Assembly: GCA_012295275.1 (NCBI GenBank)
Contig: CM022670.1
Coordinates: forward strand, 1,736,001-1,800,000
Length of the DNA stretch: 64,000 bases
Reading direction: 5' to 3'
Source: Chrysomallon squamiferum
Taxonomy: Eukaryota; Animalia; Mollusca
Below the pieces are notes generated by a model that was not told where the DNA came from, ran no database searches, and saw only the letters and a list, made by a program, of their open reading frames with translations. The translations under genes and the position numbers were made by a program. This document shows, in pieces, positions 54,360 through 64,000 of this stretch (positions are counted from its first letter, which is position 1; every line of letters starts with the position of its first letter).

Positions 54360-54816
54360 ATGGCTGAAAATATATATTATATTTGTGGAAAATGTTCAAC
54401 CAACTTTAGAACACATCAAGATGCTAAATCCCATTTTTATAAAATTCATGTAGCTTTGGATAGATCAAGATATTACTGCACTTTGTGTCTTTTCCGTTGT
54501 GCCACCAAGAAAGACCTGAACAGGCACACTACTAACTATGCAGGTCATCTGGAGGTGAAGAGACGCATAGAGAATAGAGAGAAAGAAAAGAATGACCAAC
54601 ATCTTCTTGAAAAAGATGGCATCTGAACAAAATTCTTTTGAACTTGGGGAAAAATCAAAAATGATATTTTTCCATGTAGACAAATACATGAGAAAGAGAG
54701 AGAATTCAGTTAGACACAATGAATGTATAAAAAGACGTCGGGTTGATGTGGATTATGATAGAAGGAGGGGATGGAAATATGAACGTCGTCGGCGTATATG
54801 TCAAAGTTTTAACTGA
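54360..54816 (+). pseudogene. Small two-finger C2H2-type zinc-finger gene, frameshifted after the fingers (88-aa ORF to 54626; basic tail in another frame to 54816)
   Basis: CGKC...HFYKIH and CTLC...RH..NYAGH. The tail KYMRKRENSVRHNECIKRRR aligns with the in-frame tail of the paralog at 59567-59974. Acceptor TTTTATCTTTCAG at 54352; AATAAA near 54938. Confidence 0.7.
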
Positions 54817-55214
54817 CATATAATGAAAATATATATAATTGGATTATGTCATAGACATAAGAATGTAAATACTTGCTAACAATGACAAAAAGAACTGATA
54901 TTTAGTTTCAAGTAATTTTTATTTGATTTTTGTACTCAATAAATGCATTAATCTGAGTATTGCTGTTTTGGTTTTCTGTTGTTTTTAGATTTATAAAATG
55001 TTGTTTTTTACCACATAACCTGATCATTATTAGTAGATTTCATCAGTTAAACAAAGAGCTGTAGAGTGGCCAGTGTCGAATTCCTACGAAATAGAAAACT
55101 AAAGTAGAAATTTTACTTTTCTTTTAAAGAAATATATACCCAGAATAATTTGATAAATACCTTCGCTGTTTGGTGATCGTCCAGTCACTGAAAGAACAGA
55201 TTTTGACTGGAAGA

Positions 55215-55405
55215 TGAGACTAAACGGAGACGACGTCGTCTCAAAGTAAGTCTCCATCTCGATACATTTAAGTCACGGTAATGAGGAAAATGCTACGTCT
55301 CTTGACCTGGACGCAGGTCTCAATGTCCACTGATGTTTGAGATAGGAAATGAGATTAGCTTTCTAATGCTTATTCAAGGTTAAAGTCTCATATGACGTTA
55401 CTCAC
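55215..55405 (+). repeat. Diverged partial copy of the structured element (another at 60380-60488; isolated first hairpin at 55735-55790)
   Basis: TGAGACTAAACGGAGACGACGTCGTCTCAAAG...CATCTCGATACATTTAAGTCACGGTAATGAGGAAAATGCT aligns with copies 1-3. Confidence 0.75.
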
Positions 55406-56262
55406 TTTCTATTTCGGGGATATTAAACATAGATCAAAGCGTTGAAGGTTAACGAGTTGGACATTTCGTGAAATGCAACGAATGTTGTTATCTTCAGAGA
55501 AATTTGCAAAATTTGATAAAATTAACAAAACAATGTCAGGCAGATTTAACAACACAAAAATCCACTTCATCTTAAACAGGTTTTTAGAAAGTTATTACAG
55601 TCTGACCAGAAAGTTCTTTCATTTTATTTGACAAGAATGTTGTCTACATCATATGAAAGTCCTTAAAGGTTAAAGTTATCGAAACCGACGACGTTTTTTT
55701 CATTGTTCTTTGAAATCTGTCGAAATCGTCGTCGAGCACTGGAATCGACTGCGACTTCGAGTCCGACTTCCACTGAAAGTCGAGTGGATAGCGTCAAGAT
55801 CAAATGATTAGTAAACTTGCACAGATAATCATTATTAATAGTCTTCGTAAGTTCCAAAAATATGTAGCGGTCAAAGTTTAAGTGGAGACGTCAGTTTTCT
55901 TTCTATTTCGGAGATACAAACACCCAGATTAACTGTATGAAGGTGATCACTGGTTATCACTGATTGCTATTGTCCAATTGCAACAAATTTGTTATCTTCA
56001 TTTTTATTGGTTTAATTCAATTAACAAAACAGGCATTTCGCCTTCGTAAGACATTTACAGCATCTTCTCTGCTCAGTTAACAGGTCATTTACAAGGAGCG
56101 TCGTAGCATCTTTGTAAGTGTACATTTTCATTTTTATTTTAAGCTTCAGTGTATCTAACATCATATTCAACTGTTATGACTCTTCCACTTTTTCTAGGTA
56201 AAGGCATGGTAAACCTAAGGGAGAAAAGCATTTCATTATTTATAAAACGTTATTTATGAATC

Positions 56263-56850
56263 GTGGGCATCAGCACTGGAATCGACTGCGACTTCGAGTC
56301 CGACTCTATGAGACTGAATGGAGATGGCGTCGTCTCAAAGGGAGGTCATCCAGTGTCCATCTCGATACATTTGAGTCACGGTAATGGGAAAAATGCTCCG
56401 TCTCTTGATAAGGAACCAGCTCTTAATGTCCGCTAATGTCTTGAGACAGGAAATGAGATAAGCTGGCTATGCTCATTCAAGGGTATTTTCTCATATGACG
56501 TGATTCAAATGTAAATGCCTATCTTATTGTCGTAGATCTTAGCGTTAGCATTCATTTTCACAACGATGCAGAAGACATCATTCAGCATGATCGATATGGA
56601 ACGCAATTACTGTTCCTGAGATAAATTTTCTCACTGAAACGACGATGTACTGCTGTCATCAATGACGCAGGTGCACATATATATTACTGAGCCTCTCTCG
56701 CCATTTTGGTAGATGTACCATCAGCTGACATTAAAGTAACGACGTAGACACAGCGTATTTCTGTTGGCTTCATTCAGAAAAGCTGTATCGATGCAATAGT
56801 GTGTACAAATAAATCTGTATGTTAGCACAGAAGAAAAACCTAAGTTTTTG
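56263..56850 (+). ncRNA. Candidate structured RNA element, copy 4, plus cassette-C-specific multi-hairpin region
   Basis: 56263-56525 is near-identical to copy 1. Downstream local stems: CGATGCAG/CTGTATCG, GGAAC/GTTCC, TGAGA/TCTCA, CTGC.GTCAT/ATGACGCAG. Confidence 0.5.
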
Positions 56851-56859
56851 CCGAGCAAT

Positions 56860-58972
56860 ATGTCTATTCGTTATCAGCCTGTAAGTTAATGTGAATATTA
56901 CAAAAACGACAGACGATGATTTTTCGTCAAAGTATTTAAAAAATATTGTCCGCAGTTTCAAGCAGATCTGATTGTCAATCGTTTTCTATCCGAACGGATT
57001 GCAGAACCTGTTTTAAAATGTTAGGATTACGGCCGAATATCCGACAGATGCAGAGCATTTGTCAAATCTTAGCATTGCTAGGTTTAGTGAGTTAAACGTT
57101 ACTTAATGCAACGATTGTTGTTTGTCGTCGTTTCTTTCCTTCATATTTAAAACAGTTTCTGGAACTAGCTGGGTAAAAGATGAAAACGATTCACCATCAA
57201 TTCTGCTTGAAAATACGGAGAATGTTTTTGTTCAACAGAATCGTCGTTTATCGTTGTAGTAATAATATTGAGAGGAGACGTCACTTTTCTCGGCAGAAAA
57301 TGTCTGCATGTAATGACGATGATGAAAAAACATCCACGTAAAAACGCAACTCGATTTTTGAAGAGAAAATCCTCAAATAGTAAAAAACAGGAAACGTTTT
57401 CGTCTAGGAATGTCTTTTCGTTATCACGCTATTGAATGTTATCATAACGACAGACGATGATTTTTCGTCAAATTATTTTAAAAATATTGTCCGCAGTTTC
57501 AAGCAGATCTGATTGTCAATCGTTTTCGATCGGAACGAATTGCAGATCCTGTTTTAAAATGTTAGGATTACGGCCGAATATCCGACAGATGCAGAGCATT
57601 TGTCAAATCTTAGCATTGCTATGTTTAGTGAGTTAAACGTTACTTAATGCAACGATTGTTGTTTGTCGTCGTTTCTTTCCTTCATATTTAAAACAGTTCC
57701 TGGAACTAGCTGGGTAAAAGATGAAAACGATTCACCATCAATTCTGCTTGAAAATACGGAGAATGTTTTTGTTCAACAGAATCGTCGTTTATCGTTGTAG
57801 TAATAATATTGAGAGGAGACGTCACTTTTCTCGGCAGAAAATGTCTGCATGTAATGACGATGGATGAAAAAACATCCCCTTAAAAACGCAACTCGATTTT
57901 TGAAGAGAAAATCCTCAAATAGTAAAAAAAACAGAAACCTTTTCGTCTAGGAATGTCTTTTCGTTATCACGCTATTGAATGTTATCATAACGACAGGCGA
58001 TGATTTTTCTTCAAAGTATTTAAAAAATGTTATCCGCAGTTTCAAGCAGATCTGATTGTCAATCGTTTTCTATCCGAACGGATTGCACAACCTGTTTTAA
58101 AATGTTAGGATTACGGCCGAATATCCGACAGATGCAGAGCATTTGTCAAATCTTAGCATTGCTAGGTTTAGTGAGTTAAACGTTACTTAATGCAACGATT
58201 GTTGTTTGTCGTCGTTTCTTTCCTTCATATTTAAAACAGTTTCTGGAACTAGCTGGGTAAAAGATGAAAACGATTCACCATCAATTCTGCTGGAAAATAC
58301 GGAGAATGTTTTTGTTCAACAGAATCGTCGTTTGTCGTTGTAGTAATAATATTGAGAGGAGACGTCACTTTTCTCGGCAGAAAATTTCTGCATGTAATGA
58401 CGATGGATGTAAAAACATGGACGTAAAAAACAAAACTCGATTTTAGAAGAGAAGATCCCCAAACAGTAAAAAAAAACCAGAAACGTTTTCGTCGAAGAAT
58501 GTCTTTTCGTTATCACGCTATTGAATGTTATAACGACAGACGATGATTTTTCGTCAAAGTATTTAAAAAATATTGTCCGCAGTTTCAAGCAGATCTGATG
58601 GTCAATCGTTTTCTGTCCGAACGAGTTGAGGAACAATTTTTAAAATGTTAGGATTTCTACTTTTATATCCGACAGATGCAGAGCATTTGTCAAATCTTAG
58701 CATTGCTAGGTTTAGTGAGTTAAACGTTACTTAATGCAACGATTGTTGTTTGTCGTCGTTTCTTTCCTTCATATTTAAAACAGTTTCTGGAACTAGCTGG
58801 GTAAAAGATGAAAACGATTTACCATCAATTCTTCTTGAAAATACGGAGAATCTTTTTGTTTAATAGAATCATCGTTTGTCGTTGTAGTAATAATATTCAG
58901 AGCAGACCTCACTTTTCTCGGCAGAAATGTTTGCATGTAATGACGATGGATATAAAAATAGCGACGTAAAAA
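56860..58972. repeat. About 542-bp tandem repeat, just under 4 copies
   Basis: TCAAGCAGATCTGA recurs at ~56958, ~57499, ~58042 and ~58584. The unit includes sequence also present once at 53575-53660. Confidence 0.92.
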
Positions 58973-59477
58973 ACAGCTTTCCGTTTTCATGGTCTCTTAA
59001 TTTATAAATATCATTAAAAGATTTGTTGATTTGTTTGTTGTTGTGTTTTTGTTTTATTTTCAGATTGTTTACAGCATGTTTTGTATGCTTTTCTTGGTGT
59101 CATGGTGAGATTTTCTGTTTGTGAGAGTGTAATTGAGGTTTAATCCACTACTGTGTGAAGTGAAATGTGGAAACTGCAAATACACATATTTAAAAGATAA
59201 TATTTTTGATTCTGATGGCATATTTATATGTCACAATAACTACACTAGTGACTTTCATATTATTGTTGTTGTATTAGTAAGTTAGATATAAATTATTATA
59301 TTCGCCACATACATGCAAAATATCGTTATGTTAATAGTGTTTCGGATATCTCTGCTTATATGCGAGTTATTGCTGACAGTTGAAATTTGTCAGGGAAGAT
59401 ATTGGTAAGGTTATTGAGTTAGATATTTTCAAGTTAGAAAGGAGTTAAAACAAATATTTGTATCTTTCAGAATCCTA

Positions 59478-59974
59478 ATGTCTGAAAATAAACCTTTTAT
59501 ATGTGGAAAATGTTCATTCAAATTTAGAAGATATGAAAATCCCATTTTTATAAAATTCATGTAGCATTGGATGGATCCAGATATTACTGCACTTTGTGTC
59601 TTTTCCGTTGTGCCTACAAGAAAGATCTAAAAAGGCACATTACTAACTATACAGGTCACCTAGATTCAAAGAAAAGAATGGAAGTCAGAGGGAAAGAAAT
59701 AAAGGACAAAGGCTTCTTGAAAACATCTGAAAAACCTTATGAACTTAAAGATGGCGATATTATACATAAATCGTCTTTGACATATCGGGAGAAAAAATCA
59801 AAAATGCGAGGTACGCATTTCCATTACGTGGAAAATGATGACAAATACATGATAAAGAAAGAGAATTCAGTTAGAGACAATGAACGTATAAAAAGACGTC
59901 GGGATGATGAGGATTGTGATGGAAGGAGTGAATGGAAACTGGAAAGTCGGAGTATATTACAAAGTGTTAACTGA
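59478..59974 (+). pseudogene. Paralogous small C2H2-type zinc-finger gene, frameshifted within finger 1
   Basis: ATG 59478 MSENKPFICGKC..., then a 7-nt deletion relative to the 54360 copy. The other frame continues HFYKIHVALDGSRYYCTLCLFRC...RHITNYTGH to the stop at 59974. Lies in a duplicated block, 53870-55320 ~ 58987-60488. Confidence 0.7.
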
Positions 59975-60488
59975 CAGATAATGAAAATGCATATAAAGGG
60001 ATTATGTCACAGACATAAGAATGTAAATACTTGGTAACAATGAAAAATACCCTGATATTTTGTTTTCAGTAATTTTTGTTTTATTTTTGTACCCAATAAA
60101 TGCATTAATCTGAGTATTACTATTTTTGTTTTCTGTTGTTTTTAGATTTATAAAATTTAGTTTTGTTTTACCACATAATTATTACCTGATCATTATTAGT
60201 ACATTTCATCAGTTAAACAAGGAACTGTAGAGTGGCCAGTGTCGAATTCCTACGAAATAGAAAACTAAAGTAGAAATTTTACTTTTCTTTCCAAGAAACA
60301 TATACCCAGAATAATTTGGTAAATACCTTCACTGTTTGGTGATCGTCCAGTCACTGAAAGAACAGATTTTGACTGGAAGATGAGACTAAACGGAGACGAC
60401 GTCGTCTCAAAGGAATTGTCCATCTCGATACATTTAAGTCACGGTAACGAGGAAAATGCTACGTCTCTTGACCTGGACGCAGGTCTCA

Positions 60489-60790
60489 GGGTTCCTTCAG
60501 TTGACAGAGGAAGTGAAGATCCTAGGAACAGAGTGTAGTGACAACGCGTTCTACACAATTGCTGTAACAGGAGGAATATTGGATCGAAAGTGTAAGCTAC
60601 GTCCCAATGATGTGTGTACAGATAAGAACATTTTCCTGCGCCAAGCTGTACAGCTGGAGTTAAGATGCGGTGGACGAGGTTTAACAAGATGTAATCGTGC
60701 TGGAAGTAACAGGTGTCAGTGAAATCGATGTAAATGCTTCAAAGACAGATTAGCGTGCAATTCCCGGTGCCTCACATGCATAAACAAAAA
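60489..60790 (+). mobile_element. Decayed C-terminal fragment of a Ginger2/KRBA2-SCAND3-like integrase-type transposase
   Basis: VPSVDRGSEDPRN, then after a frameshift YTIAVTGGILDR...LRQAV....CGGRGLTRCN....C*NRCKCFK..LACNSRC..CINK. This is the DRG..DPRN motif plus the Cys-rich CKC...CNSRC tail recalled for this family. It has an internal stop at 60720. Confidence 0.72.
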
Positions 60791-62904
60791 CTGCATATTA
60801 TTGTTTATGGTTATTCTTTCAGTCAGATAACAACATTCTCAATACCATTCTGCACGTTTCAGGTAATCTGCATAAATTAGTTAAGTATATTTTCTGATTA
60901 TACAGATTAACTGTAACATAGTTTAAAATTCAGTCGTCCTACGAATCTGAAATTCGTGTGTCTGGGTATGGCTGTGCGCCCGAGTGTGTGTGTTTCGGTG
61001 TGTTACTCCAGTACAGACCAAATAACTGGGAAAAAAGAACGCGGGGAAGAGAAGAGGCAAGGGAATATAAAGGTATAGCTGGTAGAGGAAAACAAATTAC
61101 GTTGTCAAAGAAAGGGTGACAACTCGGTTACAAAGTAGACGTTTCAGCACAGTTTGTCAGCTGTGAGACAAATCGTGACTGTAACGTAGAACACCAGTAA
61201 TAATAACAACAAAAACACCACCACCACCACTACCAACAACAATAATAATAATATAATTTGCCTACAAAATGTTTAATAAAATTAATGTTTTAGAAATATT
61301 GTAGTTTGTTATTAAGATCTCCACAACATGAAACAAATTCTGAAATACAAGCTTCTGTGGCAAAGTATCTATGTACCCAGTCTTTTATGACTTTTTATTT
61401 CATCAATATTTCATCAATAATTACCTCCGAACGTTTAGTTACAGTTAAGTCAATAATATGAAAAAATGCAGTTTAATAATCAACTGAAGAAAATAAATCA
61501 CAAGACTTGTTGTATTTTGTTAGATAAATATAATGACAAAACATCTGGGAAGAGTTTTTTCAATCAAGTGAAACTGACATGTTCAAATATTTTTTAGATA
61601 AGTTGATTTCCAAACGTATGTATGCGTCACCTGCGTAGAAATGCGTGAAGAGTTACAGCACTTTAATATGAAGATGAATACATTAAAAATAAAAGAAACA
61701 AACAAAAAAAACCCATCAACTAACTAACTACGAATAGTTGTAAAATTAGATTATCAGTGTAATGGAAAGACAACTGTCGAAAACGATCCGCTGACGTCTG
61801 ATATAATATATTTTTTACACTTTAAATTACCCGAAAAAAGAATAAGCAGTGACACTGGTAAGAGAGAGAGAGAGAGAGAAAAAAAAAGAAGTAATAATAA
61901 AAACACAACTACTTTACAGTTTTTTCATATTTGATGTCACTGCATTATGCTTGCTAAACGCCTATGAAATATATTGCTATTTATGTAATCCAAATAAATA
62001 TAATTAAATTAACTGTTTGTTAATTTATGGATATCAGTATATTATGTTATAATGCAATGTTAATGAAACTGACAGTTAATGAAACCACATGCGTAAGTAT
62101 TATTCTGTTTCTGTGATAATAATGGTATTTATGATACGGTATGGTACTGTATGGTACGTCACGGTACAGTACAGCAGTATGTACATCAATTCTCTTCTTC
62201 TTCACTTTCTTTTCTTCTTTGACTTCCTTCTCATCTTCTTAATTATTATTATTATTGATTATTATTATTATTATAAAAGGTTTTCTTACTTGTACTAAAG
62301 AAGAATAAGCCTGTTCTTTCAAATTAACATTATAAAAGAGTTAATACAATTATGAGACTTCACAGGGCCACATTCTCAATGTTTCATAAACGCTACGGAT
62401 CAATTATCCATCTTTCTTTCATTTACAAGGCCATGTCGACAGCTTTAATCATTTCTTATTTAAATTAACCTGCAGCATACTCTGCGCATCTCAACGAAAC
62501 CCGTTGTCGTCGGTGATCATTTCCGCTAGTTCTGCAGTAACTGACAGTGTCTATTTTTCATTGGATAAAACTAATGATAGTGAAATAATTAACAAGATTT
62601 ATTGCGGTTCTCAATGAAAAGTATTTAAGACAGACGGTTTATGGAGAAAACTCTCTTAGTATTTAAATTAAAAATGCTCTGATTGAGGGTTATCAGTCGT
62701 AAACGGACAGAGGCTCTCATACCAAAAGATAATTTTCTGATACCTTATACTAAGACTGTCTCAAGTATTCAATTATGTCTGTCTGTCAGTCTGTCTGTTT
62801 GTTTTTCCTTCTCTCTCGACCAATAATCAAAGATGCCTTTAAAACATCTAATAAATTAGCTATACAAATATTAATGAACAACAACCACACACACATACAT
62901 ACAC

Positions 62905-63037
<133 letters not shown>

Positions 63038-63141
63038 TACAACAAACAACAATAAACAGTGTACTAAACTGATGGACTACAATTATGAATACTACTTTTC
63101 AACAAATGAACAAATAAATAAATAATAATAATAATAACAGT

Positions 63142-63208
<67 letters not shown>

Positions 63209-63706
63209 ACTCTTCGGTTTAATAAATGAGGCGAAAGCAAAAGAGAAAGCAAAAGATCTCAAGCAATAACTGAAGCCACTGTCTAGAGGCTTTCAAGAGG
63301 ATCACAAGTGTCAGATAACTGTTGACTCTAACGATCCAGAAGATGGAATTAATATTTAGATTCACGTTTAATTTTCGCGAGCAAACATCATATTTTCACG
63401 TGATTAACACTGTGTATGCAAACTGTTATTCAAACAAAATAACCGTTATTCCGGAACATCAAATATACGTTTACCATCTCTGAATAACAAATCTGGCAGA
63501 TATTTTCTCATAAATTAACTGTTAAGATAAGACAAACAGACAGATACATCTGGATTTATTCATAAGGTTGTTTTAACAAAGTTTTGAGAAATAAAAATAA
63601 AGGAAAGATAGGTCGTTAGACATAGAAAGAAAGAGGCAGTGATATAGATGAGAGAGAGAGAAAGGATGAAAAGATACGAGTGTGAACGAGAAAATGTGTA
63701 TGCAAG

Positions 63707-63708
<2 letters not shown>

Positions 63709-63790
<82 letters not shown>

Positions 63791-63905
63791 AGGGAGGGAG
63801 GGAGGGAGGGAGAGAGAGAGAGAGCTATAGAGAGAGAGAAAGAGAGAGAAAGAGAAAGAGAAAGGAGAGAGAAAGGAAGAGAGAAAGAGAGAGATAGAAA
63901 GAGAT
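63709..63905. repeat. Compound (GA)n/(GGGA)n polypurine tract
   Basis: Read directly. Confidence 0.95.
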
Positions 63906-64000
63906 ACACAAAGAGAGAATTCTCACATATGCTATTCTTTTTCACAGTCTACACATAATTAACAATAACAACAACAAGAACAATAATAAGAAGAAAACGT

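Noticed and set aside
55315-55360. Hammerhead ribozyme suggested by CTGATG...GAAA flanked by TCTCA/TGAGA
   Set aside because: The core lacks the CUGANGA consensus, there is no room for stem I, the U-H cleavage site is not correctly placed, and other copies read CTAATG.

Overview
AT-rich, intron-containing animal genomic DNA; the gene content and dispersed repeats suggest an invertebrate, plausibly a gastropod mollusc (inference only). The left half (1-29.6 kb) is gene-dense. It holds the first coding exon of a TIR-SAM-(TIR) gene (- strand, running off the window), a 6-coding-exon HMBOX1/HNF-class homeobox gene (+) arranged head-to-head with it, and a complete 26-coding-exon SMC6 gene (-, about 1093 aa) with an E2F-type motif at its 5' end. 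The right half (29.9-60.8 kb) is a CpG-richer, repeat-built accessory region containing a ~17 kb-offset segmental duplication. It carries three copies of a cassette: CCAAT-box promoter-like unit, GT-AG intron, ~250-nt G·U-rich multi-stem element plus cassette-specific long hairpins, shared splice acceptor, small Cys/His-rich ORF and shared 3' trailer. It also contains a ~5.8 kb array of a 58-bp palindromic satellite, a ~542-bp tandem repeat, a captured fragment of SMC6 next to a fold-back inversion, a frameshifted FLYWCH gene and a decayed Ginger2/KRBA2-like transposase tail. The repeated structured-RNA/small-ORF cassette, with antisense complementarity between cassettes, is the best candidate for an undescribed system. 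All alignments and base-pairings were done by eye and need computational confirmation.
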